From a virus: a stretch of 64,000 bases of DNA. The notes beneath the pieces are model-generated. The model was not told the origin of the DNA. It worked only from the letters and a program-made list of their open reading frames with translations, and did not search any database. Every line of letters starts with the position of its first letter. The stretch's first letter is position 1. Positions 9,301 through 18,204 of this stretch are shown here, one piece after another. Both the position numbers and the translations under genes were made by a program. Location: IMG/VR virus record IMGVR_UViG_3300025141_012845, positions 1-64,000 of that record. The stretch is one strand, 5' to 3'.

Positions 9301-9479
9301 GCCAAGTCAAAATATTCAGGACTCAACTGCGTCTTTGTATGCGCTAAATCGCCACAATGGACGATGCAATCAACCTTTTCTTCTCGTAAAATGTCATATA
9401 TCTTATTAAACACTTCACGATATTCCTGGTGATACTTTAAATTACGAATGTGTGTATCTGCTAAGTGAGCAAATTTCAA
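6324..9479 (-). CDS. Fused Mre11/SbcD nuclease and Rad50/SbcC ATPase (T4 gp47-gp46-like recombination nuclease)
   Basis: Metallophosphoesterase motifs DTH, GDL, GNHD, HHG, LGDIH; Walker A GKNYSGKS; long coiled coil; signature-like GSGAEK; Walker B FILDEP; H-loop ISH; TTG start with SD GAGG. Confidence 0.95.
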   Translation of the reverse strand: MKFAHLADTHIRNLKYHQEYREVFNKIYDILREEKVDCIVHCGDLAHTKTQLSPEYFDLAQWFLKSLADIAPLYIIPGNHDGNLKNSNRQDAITPIVEALAHPNLHFLKKSGETHLNDKFSLNVLSIFDEENWVEPSDKDKVNIAIHHGSIHGCRTDQNWVMEFGDNDISIFDGHDYALLGDIHKTNQILDDDGRVRYCGSTVQQNHGETNDKGFLLWDIQDKENYAVRAISVPNPKPFMTIDLTPKGKLPRNLQVPENARLRIRANNNLPLNVIKKALDVARATLNPETTTFLNKAAGERGSVEELTKNFLKEDLRDVGIQEKFIKEYLKDYRPSEDVLEKVFEYNRKYNSIVEQEEEVQRNVNWNIVSMEWDNLFNYGEENKIDFENLNGIVGVFGKNYSGKSSIVDGLLYTLYNTTSKNNRKNLHVINQNKDFCNGKLKIAIGKKEYTIERRSEKYEKSLHGETTIEAKTDIEFNRHCKVTEDAESLNGLSRNDTDKNIRKVFGTIDDFLLTSMASQLDSLSFIKEGSTKRKEILAKFIDLVIFDKKFKMAKEETADLKAAVRRLEEKDFDEEISEVEEEMESNQKLTREQKKVCESVKQGLLSLEEEVKQIDLKINSMPAGVVNIESLRKDLQTKAGRMQDLIKENQSNEDKIKDNNAFLEKVVDFKSSFDITDLTEKRSIIAENKKKLDSIVNELNIKNNNLTNLNKKVKLLEEVPCGSEFSHCKFIKDAYVAQNDVNLVQDAIDRLNQNSEKIEGEIVKLDPNKIEDYIEKYNQIVGKEAEKTTEVSDLSLHVEKNNSQIITVQLEVDKLNEKVLEYEKNREVIENLELLVNSKKDIKKNIKKKKDTLQNCEESMLELYKSNGSLEQRLENLKGQQEELRQLREDISAYDLFMRCMHPNGIPYDIIKKKLPIINEEIAKILTNIVNFEVFFEANDKKLEIYIKHPRFDARPIELGSGAEKTISAMAIRLALLGVSNLPKPDMFILDEPGTALDEENMEGFIRILTDMIKTQFKTVLLISHLDSLKDCVDTTIEIDRKDGYAYISQ

Positions 9480-9491
9480 ATTATACCTCTT

Positions 9492-10427
9492 TTATACTTC
9501 TATGGAGTTTAGAGAGTGCTCAACCATAAAAGTGTCTGGATTCATAAATTGAGCACTCTCTTTACGTTCTTGGAATTCTTGCTTTGTCATCTCGCCAACA
9601 TCTTCATAACCAGACGTGTCGATCTTGTAGACCTCCACTCCGTACAAAAGAAGGTTTGAGATTACTTTCATACTTTTCTTCTCTGCATCTTTATCCAAAG
9701 CAACGAAGATTGCAGTGTCGTTTTTAGCAATCTTCTGAAATAATTTACTGTTCTCTCTCAAAGTTGACCCGAGCAAAGGAATAGAATTCGGACCAGCCTT
9801 TATCGCATCAAAAATGCCCTCAACCAACACCAAGTCAGAATCCCAATCAATGAATAGTTCATTAAAAACAACATCTTTTGTGGTCGAAGGGTTCAGATAT
9901 TTTCTCCAATCATTTGTGTAACTTCTAGCAACAAAATAATTTAACCCTCCCTGCTCATTAAATGAGGGGATCAAGATGCGACCTTCAAAGGGGCCTCTGA
10001 CACAATAACCAATCTTCCACCTAATAACATCGTCTCTTGTAATGCCTCGATTTTCAAGATAATTCATTGCTTTTATCGAGGATAGCGGCTGACTCTTACC
10101 TGTTAATGTAACAAATTCTTCTGGTAATGTCAAGTGCTCTTGTTTTTCATCTTTAGTTTCTTTAAAAAGTTCGTCAAAGTTCAGAACCTCTTCTCTCCCA
10201 CTCATAGAATCCCATTCACGAAGCTGTGAGTAGTTGCCGAATCTTCTCACAACTCTTCTAAGCGACCTACCATGCGTATCACATATCCAACACTTATAAC
10301 AATCTTTGTCGACATTAACAGAAAACTTCTGTTTATGGTGATTGCAGTAAGGGCAATAAAAAAGAATCTCGTTATTTGAGGCGAAGGCTTTACCTAATAT
10401 CTGTTTTAGGAATTTAACTTTTTCCAT
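9492..10427 (-). CDS. DnaG-type DNA primase (T4 gp61-like)
   Basis: Zn finger CPYC..H..CWIC; YLENRGI; KYLNP; TOPRIM motifs LVEGIFDAI and LDKD; DVGE. Confidence 0.9.
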   Translation of the reverse strand: MEKVKFLKQILGKAFASNNEILFYCPYCNHHKQKFSVNVDKDCYKCWICDTHGRSLRRVVRRFGNYSQLREWDSMSGREEVLNFDELFKETKDEKQEHLTLPEEFVTLTGKSQPLSSIKAMNYLENRGITRDDVIRWKIGYCVRGPFEGRILIPSFNEQGGLNYFVARSYTNDWRKYLNPSTTKDVVFNELFIDWDSDLVLVEGIFDAIKAGPNSIPLLGSTLRENSKLFQKIAKNDTAIFVALDKDAEKKSMKVISNLLLYGVEVYKIDTSGYEDVGEMTKQEFQERKESAQFMNPDTFMVEHSLNSIEV

Positions 10428-10936
10428 CCTGCTCTCGCGATGATAAGAGAATCTGCCATATCATAGTATTTTGGTTTTGGATTTCCATACTTTGTATATT
10501 CTACCTCAAAAGACTCCTCATTGTCAAGTAAAAAATTTAAAACTATTTGTTTTGCCTTTTTGCCTCTCTCAACTTTTATTCCGCAAGATTTCCTTGCTGT
10601 TGCTGCTCCGATATATTCCGGTTCTATTTCAAAGTCTCTCTTACAGATATATGATACTATACCATTAAATTTAGCAAGTGTCAACAAAGTTTTTGCAGAT
10701 GATAATCCTGGCCTGAACGCCATTAAAGACTGTTCAATAAAGATCGACTTAAACTTGAGTCTCTTAACATCGTACAATCTAGCCAGCATTTGCTTGACCC
10801 TCTCTGCTTTACTATGCAACGTCGGGAAATGATTTTTATTTCTCAAGTCCCACGCTTCACAATAAAGAACCTTTCCATCATTATCGAGAACAGTTGCTCC
10901 AACAATGCTGGTGCTGATGTCTAATCCAAGTATCAT
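10406..10936 (-). CDS. RuvC-like Holliday junction resolvase
   Basis: ILGLDISTSIVG, IFIEQ and DMADS acidic catalytic pattern of the RNase H fold. Confidence 0.85.
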   Translation of the reverse strand: MILGLDISTSIVGATVLDNDGKVLYCEAWDLRNKNHFPTLHSKAERVKQMLARLYDVKRLKFKSIFIEQSLMAFRPGLSSAKTLLTLAKFNGIVSYICKRDFEIEPEYIGAATARKSCGIKVERGKKAKQIVLNFLLDNEESFEVEYTKYGNPKPKYYDMADSLIIARAGWKKLNS

Positions 10937-12336
10937 ATATCGAGTTTTAATTTAAAAGTGTAATCTCTTTCTTCGGTCTTCTTAACTGGCGTTGCAACTT
11001 TTGCAATTCCAAGAAGGTTCTTATTTTCATCGTAAATGCCGATTTTTGAAATATAAGTCTCTTTCTTGAAACTTGCCGTATGACAATTATACGAGCTACT
11101 GACAATATTTTTAATAGAAATTTTATTATATTGGTGATAAAAAAGACTTCCCGTGTCAGCAAGCATGCTTGATCCTGAAAATATTACGTTGGTAGAATTA
11201 TCTCCTCCTACAATGATGGACCCCGTCGCGTTTCCATCTATATAACTTGGATTATTCGAATGGTTCAACCTTCCTCTTTCAGCATGAGCCATCATTGTCA
11301 AGACAGGGGTATAATTCGTTCCCTCAAAGCCAAGCCAATAACTTGAAGAAACTAGTGCAGATTGATAAGCGACAGAGCCCGAACCATCAAGTGGTATCCC
11401 CGTTCCCCAATATTCCCACCTTGGCAGGACAGCAGAACCTCCTGTGTAGGTAAGTTTATTGGCGCTGTCATCGTGAATACTTATATCCCAACTGCCCGTT
11501 AATAAAATAATTCCTTCATTATAAAGAACTACACCGGCTACACTGCCGCTTCCACCGCTTCCAGTTGGCCCAACCTGAATCAATTCGCCATTTTGATTTA
11601 TATCTGTACATTGACCAATCAAGGTTCCGCTCAAATAAAATTTTAAATCGACGGTGCCTTTCTCGATTCTACTTCCATAGTACATGGAAGGGATGTTTAT
11701 AAAATTTATGGCTTGTGCTGCTTTATTCCACTCTCCTGACGCGGAAAATGCATAGTGGCGACTGATAGGTTTATAGTGATTGAGCGTATTTTTTAAAGCG
11801 TGTATATAAGAACCTGAAACAGTTGTTGCCTTTTGCTTTTGACTAAGCGGATCAAAAATAATAATTTGTTTACTTTCTGACTTGTTGTTTGCATTTGGAA
11901 AATCTGCAGGATAATATCTTCTGGCAATAGATGCTGACAAAGGATAACTGAAACTGGCTGTTAATATATCTCCGGGATCCGCTTCGTTTACAGAGGCTGT
12001 TGACATTGTCTTAAAGGCTATAGAATCTCCCGTCAAGTGTACAAATGGATGAATCATTGCCTTTACACCGACCTCTGTTGAATAGTTGTAGGTGTGCAAA
12101 TGTTCGGGCCTGTCGACATTTAGTTCGTATAAACTGATATCTCCAACAGGAGTGTGTGTGACATTTCCACTGTGATTGAATGCTACTCCGTCGTTTGTTG
12201 GAGGTAATAAACTACCTGTATCAAAGGGGGCATTATTGTAAAAAACACTGCCGCTATAAATTATTAAATTTGTTTTTGGGCGCGTTTTTATTCTATTGTA
12301 AAAAACATCATTTCTTCCGAATCTGTATAAAGGCAT
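10933..12336 (-). CDS. Baseplate/tail structural protein (467 aa), paralogue of 12352..13488
   Basis: Shared GxxxYxxGIxxL, SxNPxY and C-terminal YISKIGIYDENKNLLGIAKVATPVKK..KLDI motifs; position in the structural module. Confidence 0.7.
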   Translation of the reverse strand: MPLYRFGRNDVFYNRIKTRPKTNLIIYSGSVFYNNAPFDTGSLLPPTNDGVAFNHSGNVTHTPVGDISLYELNVDRPEHLHTYNYSTEVGVKAMIHPFVHLTGDSIAFKTMSTASVNEADPGDILTASFSYPLSASIARRYYPADFPNANNKSESKQIIIFDPLSQKQKATTVSGSYIHALKNTLNHYKPISRHYAFSASGEWNKAAQAINFINIPSMYYGSRIEKGTVDLKFYLSGTLIGQCTDINQNGELIQVGPTGSGGSGSVAGVVLYNEGIILLTGSWDISIHDDSANKLTYTGGSAVLPRWEYWGTGIPLDGSGSVAYQSALVSSSYWLGFEGTNYTPVLTMMAHAERGRLNHSNNPSYIDGNATGSIIVGGDNSTNVIFSGSSMLADTGSLFYHQYNKISIKNIVSSSYNCHTASFKKETYISKIGIYDENKNLLGIAKVATPVKKTEERDYTFKLKLDI

Positions 12337-12351
12337 CTTCCAACAACCATC

Positions 12352-13488
12352 TTAAAAGTCCAGTCTAACACGCAAAGTAAGTTCGCTTTCAGGAGTTTTT
12401 TTGATGGGCTCGGACAGTTTTGCCACTGCCATAAGTTCGTTTTCTGCAGAATACAACCCAACCGTTGTTACATATGAAACTGGTTGATCCAAGCTGGACT
12501 CTTTAACTCTGATTTTGCTCCCGGAAACATACGTTGGGTTAGAACTGTAATTAAACTCATTGTGTCTCATTCTACAAAAGTGAACTGTAGAGTTTAACTC
12601 TGTTGTATTATTAAAATCTAAGTTCTTCCATCTGTTTCGAAGACCGTCACAACTTCTTTGAATTGTTGAACCAGTAAGAGTGTCATGTGCAGTTTGGGTT
12701 CCGGTCTCAAATTGATCACGAAGAATATCTACAGAGGCGGAAAGAATTCCTCTTCCATTCCAACCATCAGCATCACCTGAGTTTATCATGAACGCTGAAG
12801 CGGAAAGAACTGCGATTCCTGCTTGATAGAACAATAGCCCAACTGGGAATGTTATATCTCCTGTGGTGATATTGTCTGCTCCGCTTAGAGGAGTTCCCAT
12901 ACTGTTACTCGCACTTAAAATTGCATACTCTCCGGCAGGCGAATCAGTGAAATAATCAGTAAGTCCGTTTGTGTCCGCAAGCTTAATTGTTTTTTCAAAG
13001 GGTTGAGTAGATGTTGCATTCACACCAACCTCAAGACTAAAAGATCCCTTTTTAACTTCATCTTTAGTCAACAATCTTGAGAAGTTAACAAAATAAACTT
13101 CTCTCATATTAATCGATTGTCCAGGAATTTTAAATTCTTTGATTGATCCAGTGATATCGTGACCCATCAATACTTGCGCCATTTGATTATAAAGGTTAAT
13201 CTTTTTAGCATTTTGCGAATTGCCAGAAGCCGAAAGCGCAGATCTTGAACCATATCCGACAGTTAAGTCATAAATATGATTAGCAGAAGAACTTAAATAA
13301 GGATAGTCATACACAGACTCAAACATTCCGTGAGAGTATGTTTTAATATGCGGTTCGCTGCCAAGAGCGGTTGCTGCAGTTCCGTATGTTCCTGAAACAA
13401 TCGATCCCGTAAGCGGGATTGCTTCATGAAGAAGCGTTTTAGTTGTTACCTTATCTGAAGGGTGGAGATCTTTGAATGTGTTAGCCAT
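12352..13488 (-). CDS. Baseplate/tail structural protein (378 aa)
   Basis: C-terminal YVTTVGLYSAENELMAVAKLSEPIKK..RLDF resembles the end of gpH/DUF3751-type fibre-attachment domains. Confidence 0.7.
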   Translation of the reverse strand: MANTFKDLHPSDKVTTKTLLHEAIPLTGSIVSGTYGTAATALGSEPHIKTYSHGMFESVYDYPYLSSSANHIYDLTVGYGSRSALSASGNSQNAKKINLYNQMAQVLMGHDITGSIKEFKIPGQSINMREVYFVNFSRLLTKDEVKKGSFSLEVGVNATSTQPFEKTIKLADTNGLTDYFTDSPAGEYAILSASNSMGTPLSGADNITTGDITFPVGLLFYQAGIAVLSASAFMINSGDADGWNGRGILSASVDILRDQFETGTQTAHDTLTGSTIQRSCDGLRNRWKNLDFNNTTELNSTVHFCRMRHNEFNYSSNPTYVSGSKIRVKESSLDQPVSYVTTVGLYSAENELMAVAKLSEPIKKTPESELTLRVRLDF

Positions 13489-13499
13489 TATTTTTACCT

Positions 13500-14489
13500 T
13501 TATACCATTTTAACGAATCTAACAGGAATGTCAATTCTTGCGCCCGTTGTTTGTCCCGTTACTCTTACAACAGTGTCAATGTACTTTACAGATTGAACAG
13601 TCGAACTAGCATCCGAAGAGCGAGTCCAATTGCCTGACGCTCCAAGTTTATCAAACAGGAAGTCACTTTGTTGAAGATCTATAGAGGACAATATCTTAAA
13701 TTCAAGTTTTGTACCGCGTGGCCCTTTGATAACAGACTCGCTCTTATCAGCAGAACTTGTATCCGTCGTCAGGTCTCCTATTAAAGTTCCTGTTGAGGTA
13801 GAGCCTGCTGAAATATAATAGTGGTGAATGTTGTCGTCGTCAAGAAAACTAAACGGCACTACTTGTGGGTTGTCTGAAGATTTAGTTGCAACTTTGCCAA
13901 GTCTAGCATCGATTTCAATCTTATACTGATTCTCATACAAATCAAAAGACTTAAGTGGGACTGTTGGATCAATCTCGTTTGTGTCCAGTCCCTGATCAAT
14001 TCGTATAATTGAACCTCCGTTTCCGGTGGTTCCTCTGAGAACTCCATTAGAGTTTGCAAATAATCCGGGGTTACTAGACAATGTTTCTTTTTCTGAAGTG
14101 TCTGCGTCAACAAGAACAACAAACTTGTTGTCACCGCCGCCAACCAATGCTTGATTGCTTGTGCTGTTGCGGGCGTTGTCTGAATGCGCTGTCTCGTTCA
14201 GTCGTAAAACTGGGAGATATAGTAAATCGGGATTCTTGATCATTAACAACTTATGCTTCATCATTGATGTGTTATTTGTGAAAGCTTCTAATATTGGGGT
14301 CTGCAAAAGATCTAGATCGTAATATGCGCTTCCATTCGCATGATCCTTATTATAAAGTTCATAATTAATCTCATCGTCTCCCAATGAAAACTTTGCAATA
14401 TTAAAACTTCCCTCAGCCATTCTCTTTCTTCCGAAGTCGGTTAAAACAGCGTCTAAGATGATATCGCCAGAATTGTCTAAGAATCCCAT
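13500..14489 (-). CDS. Baseplate/tail structural protein (329 aa)
   Basis: N-terminal DAVLTDFGRKRMAEGSFNIAKFSLGDDEINY resembles the start of gpH/DUF3751-type domains; SD AGGAG. Confidence 0.7.
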   Translation of the reverse strand: MGFLDNSGDIILDAVLTDFGRKRMAEGSFNIAKFSLGDDEINYELYNKDHANGSAYYDLDLLQTPILEAFTNNTSMMKHKLLMIKNPDLLYLPVLRLNETAHSDNARNSTSNQALVGGGDNKFVVLVDADTSEKETLSSNPGLFANSNGVLRGTTGNGGSIIRIDQGLDTNEIDPTVPLKSFDLYENQYKIEIDARLGKVATKSSDNPQVVPFSFLDDDNIHHYYISAGSTSTGTLIGDLTTDTSSADKSESVIKGPRGTKLEFKILSSIDLQQSDFLFDKLGASGNWTRSSDASSTVQSVKYIDTVVRVTGQTTGARIDIPVRFVKMV

Positions 14490-14515
14490 ATTTTTTTTCT
14501 CCTAATTCTTTGTTT

Positions 14516-14525
14516 ATAAATAGTT
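14516..14525 (-). promoter_or_regulatory. Putative late-promoter motif AACTATTTAT
   Basis: Recurrent motif about 26 nt upstream of ATG 14489. Confidence 0.5.
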
Positions 14526-14567
14526 TTGTTTAGTAAAATAGCTCATTTCCTAAAATTTATTACTCTA

Positions 14568-17500
14568 TCAGCACTCTTCCTCATCAGGATCTTGAGTAGT
14601 TGTTATATCAGTTCCCGTCAAATCAGGTGGTATAATTTTGCTGGTCATTGGGTCTTCTACTATCTCCGCCATACTCTCCCAAATGATGTCTTCCTCTGGT
14701 GTTTTGTTATGATTGTGGCTAAATCTAAGAATGAAATCCATCTTTCTGCCAGTTGATTTAGACGTCAGTCTAACCTTAAACTTCCTAAAAGTATCGTCTC
14801 TGAATAAAGACTCTTCTGTTAGCCCGATTGGGACATTGTAAGAGTCGGGTGCTCTTCCGCGAGTAACGTGTCCAGTAGAGGTCCTTTTCTTTCCTTGTGG
14901 GCCATATGCCCAATTATCAAAAACACCAGCAGTGTTTTCGTCCAACACTGATTGTTCATATGTGGGCCTAACCTGTAAGAGTTTTCTCATTGGCTTGGTA
15001 AAAGTTTCTTTTGGATCCTGAAATTCAAATATTTTGGTTGCCAAATACACCGCTCCGGAGTTGTTTACTAACTCAATTTCATATATGCTAGTCGGATTAG
15101 ACATATTGCCTCTGCTATCTTTGGCTCTAAAAATATAATAATATTTCTTATTTGGAACAATGTTCTCAAAGTGCCCAATCGAAGACGCACCATCTAAAGG
15201 AATCTCTTTATAATAGTTTCCGTCTACAGAGTTATCATAAGTCGCCTTTCCGAAATCCATATAACTTGTAGGCTTGTATCCTAGTCTGAAAACCTCATAT
15301 GAAACTGGGATGTCGTCTGTTTTATATATTAGAGGAAAGTTGTTTTGTATTAAAACTCCAATTTTGGCTTTTAGTTGTAGTACAGGGTTTCCAATACTGG
15401 ATGCTTGTGCATATTTTTGTTCAATAAGGGTCTTTTCTTTAGTGGATATGTTCATGCTACTAAGTTCTTCATCAAAATCAAGAATCTTTGCATTAATATA
15501 TTGATGAATATATTGTGGAACTGGGTCTTCTTCAGGGCGTTGCGTAGAACTGAAAATATTTATAGGCTTTTGTTTAGAGGTCAGTGAACCCTCTCTGAGG
15601 TTGAAGAGAAATTGCCTATCATTATTCTTAAACGGAATAGGCTCAACCTCTGGCGGTGTCGGATTGAGATCGACAACCTTTATAAATGGTGTTTCAAAAT
15701 AGGGTAGTTCAACAATTAAAGGATCGGGAACCGACTCAACTTCTACTCTCAAAGAAAAAGGTCCTGGTTTTGGTGGTACGCCAGGTCCATCTCCTGGACT
15801 AAAGCCTCCTCCTCCAAGACTTACGCCTCTCATTTTATAAGCATATCTTGTGCCAACAATCAACTGTAGTGCCGTAACTACATATTTGTACCCTACTCCG
15901 TACTTGACTTGCGAATCAACATAGTTGAAAACTTCTTTGCTGCCACTATTAAGAAATAAAATTCTTTTTTTGACCTTCTGTTCATCATCGCTGACACCTT
16001 CTCTGATTTTCTCTATAACATATCCTATTGTTTCGCTGTGGGCTAGTTTTCCGTCTAATATTTCTGAAAAACTTCTAGTTTTAGAATATAAAGGTTGTAA
16101 CCCGTGCATTATCCAATCTCTTATGTGCTCATTTTGATCAGCACCAGATGGGCCAACAGGAGTTGCTACTCCATCGACTCCGTGTATAAACTTTAAAAAC
16201 GGCATATAATGTTCTTCGCTATAATCTTTAAAGAAGGTTGTATAATTTGCGTCAGGGGCATCAGATCCCTCACTATTTGAGCTTCCTTCGTCTAATAAAA
16301 GATCTTTAGGCCTTCTCAAAGAAGGGTCATTAACATCTAAAATGGTTGGGTTTGCTGGGTCTTCAATTTCTTGTCCTGGGAAGTTCCCAACAAGAATAGT
16401 CTTCGGCAGATAGTAGTTATACAAAAACCCGCCACATACAAACAGGTTTCTTGCGAATCTTGTTAAATTAAGAGTGTCGCGAGCCACATACTTTGCTTCT
16501 TCTAACTCATCAGGCATTAAACCATCTGTCATCACCAGTGGTGTCACCGTCCAATCATCATGAACTTGTTTTATATACTGTGAAGATTCATTTAAAGATC
16601 TAAAATAGGATGGCCTATCTGGCTTTTCCTGCTTGGCCTCCATAATTCTCTTTACTATTGAATATTCTGGTGAATATTCCAAATCCTTAACCTTTGTAAC
16701 ATCTATTTCGATGAGTTGTTTGCTCAGTCCTGCTACGCCCACTTCTGCTACACCTGGTACTGTATATTCTCTAGACCCTCCGAAAAATAATGGTTTTAGA
16801 CTTCCTGCGTAGGCTGGCTCAGTGTAGAAACTAATTTTATTATAGAAGGGGTACATTGTTATGTTTGCAGGGTTGTCCTCCATTACCCGGATACTTTCAT
16901 CTAGTAAGATGGTGTTCTTAAAGTGATCAAGAGGGGTAATTCCGCCTGACCAAAATGGGTGGTCGGCAGCAGTACCTGATACATACTTTGCCCACTTTTG
17001 GTGGTAATTTTCAGTTTTCGCTTCGCCAGCCTTTAAAAACTTTATTCCAGACCCGGCGTAACCCTCACCCATTGGCACGGCTTCATACGAAAACTGATCT
17101 ACAAAAACATCAAGTTTGCCAGCTAGTGTAACAAATTGGTGATAGTTTTTTTCAGTTGGAAGAAACTCGGGGTTGTCAAAAGTTATCTTATCGAAGGTGT
17201 TGACTTCCATTGAAATCGCATGATGATCAGGCAGAGTGTGTTCTGGTATATAATCTGGCTTTATAGCCTCCTCGTATGATTCGAGCTTGTTTTGAAAAAT
17301 TGGAGAAGTGTGAAAGCCTATAACGTCTTCCGGATGAGAATCTGGTCTTATATACCTCGATACATAATCGTAATATTCTCTTTCTAGTTTTTCATCTTTA
17401 GCGATTATCTCAGAGGCTTTTTGGAAGACCCCTTTGATCTGTACAAGATGCTCCGGAAGGGTTTGATTGTTTGGATATCTTATTTCAAGTATCTCTCTTA

Positions 17501-18194
17501 TAGGCTTTCCCTTTGTATAAGGAGAGGACTGTGGCGAATTGTAGAATCTACTAATCCTCCAGACACTGTTTACATCTGCAACCAAATCATTCTGCTTTTT
17601 CTGAACCACCGGAGTGAGTGGACTTTGTCCATAGTAGATGTCTCCAAGATACCAAGAATTCTTGTGATGTATGAGTTGGTAGTTAAAATACTGTCCATAA
17701 AAAGCGCGGTCAATATAATCGTCAATCGGACCCATTGAGCCGTCTGTGGAAAACGCCTTCCCGATGTCGCTCATAAGAGCAATTCTTTCAAATCCGTAGC
17801 CTTTAGCCTTAAAATCATTAATGCTTTTTAAAAACTTTATTTGCCCGCCATGGTCGGTAACTTCGTTCGCCCAGATTCTACCAAGAAATAATCTAACAAA
17901 ATCCGATAAAGGTTCTGGTCCCAGCGTCCCCCACGAATCAGTTAAGGCTCTTTGCCAAACAAGATGTCCTCCAACTTCTGATTTATAAAACTTTGCTATG
18001 TCTAAGATACCGGATATGTATGGTGAATACGTATCTTTATTTCCAAAAACAGAAGCCTCTCTATTAAAAATATGATATTTTCCCTGTAAGATAGGCCCAT
18101 AGTTGGATAGAAAACCGAAATCACCGCCTTTGGTAGTTTGGCCAACCGCAGGGTTAGGATTAAATAATCTTTTTTTATCTATAATATTAGCCAT
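14568..18194 (-). CDS. Large hypothetical, probably virion, protein (1208 aa) with FN3-like C-terminal motifs
   Basis: Long ORF in the structural module; YVDSQVKYGVGYKYVV and IVPNKKYYYIFRAKD..GNMSNP resemble fibronectin type III strands. Confidence 0.6.
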   Translation of the reverse strand: MANIIDKKRLFNPNPAVGQTTKGGDFGFLSNYGPILQGKYHIFNREASVFGNKDTYSPYISGILDIAKFYKSEVGGHLVWQRALTDSWGTLGPEPLSDFVRLFLGRIWANEVTDHGGQIKFLKSINDFKAKGYGFERIALMSDIGKAFSTDGSMGPIDDYIDRAFYGQYFNYQLIHHKNSWYLGDIYYGQSPLTPVVQKKQNDLVADVNSVWRISRFYNSPQSSPYTKGKPIREILEIRYPNNQTLPEHLVQIKGVFQKASEIIAKDEKLEREYYDYVSRYIRPDSHPEDVIGFHTSPIFQNKLESYEEAIKPDYIPEHTLPDHHAISMEVNTFDKITFDNPEFLPTEKNYHQFVTLAGKLDVFVDQFSYEAVPMGEGYAGSGIKFLKAGEAKTENYHQKWAKYVSGTAADHPFWSGGITPLDHFKNTILLDESIRVMEDNPANITMYPFYNKISFYTEPAYAGSLKPLFFGGSREYTVPGVAEVGVAGLSKQLIEIDVTKVKDLEYSPEYSIVKRIMEAKQEKPDRPSYFRSLNESSQYIKQVHDDWTVTPLVMTDGLMPDELEEAKYVARDTLNLTRFARNLFVCGGFLYNYYLPKTILVGNFPGQEIEDPANPTILDVNDPSLRRPKDLLLDEGSSNSEGSDAPDANYTTFFKDYSEEHYMPFLKFIHGVDGVATPVGPSGADQNEHIRDWIMHGLQPLYSKTRSFSEILDGKLAHSETIGYVIEKIREGVSDDEQKVKKRILFLNSGSKEVFNYVDSQVKYGVGYKYVVTALQLIVGTRYAYKMRGVSLGGGGFSPGDGPGVPPKPGPFSLRVEVESVPDPLIVELPYFETPFIKVVDLNPTPPEVEPIPFKNNDRQFLFNLREGSLTSKQKPINIFSSTQRPEEDPVPQYIHQYINAKILDFDEELSSMNISTKEKTLIEQKYAQASSIGNPVLQLKAKIGVLIQNNFPLIYKTDDIPVSYEVFRLGYKPTSYMDFGKATYDNSVDGNYYKEIPLDGASSIGHFENIVPNKKYYYIFRAKDSRGNMSNPTSIYEIELVNNSGAVYLATKIFEFQDPKETFTKPMRKLLQVRPTYEQSVLDENTAGVFDNWAYGPQGKKRTSTGHVTRGRAPDSYNVPIGLTEESLFRDDTFRKFKVRLTSKSTGRKMDFILRFSHNHNKTPEEDIIWESMAEIVEDPMTSKIIPPDLTGTDITTTQDPDEEEC

Positions 18195-18204
18195 TTATTA
18201 GTCC

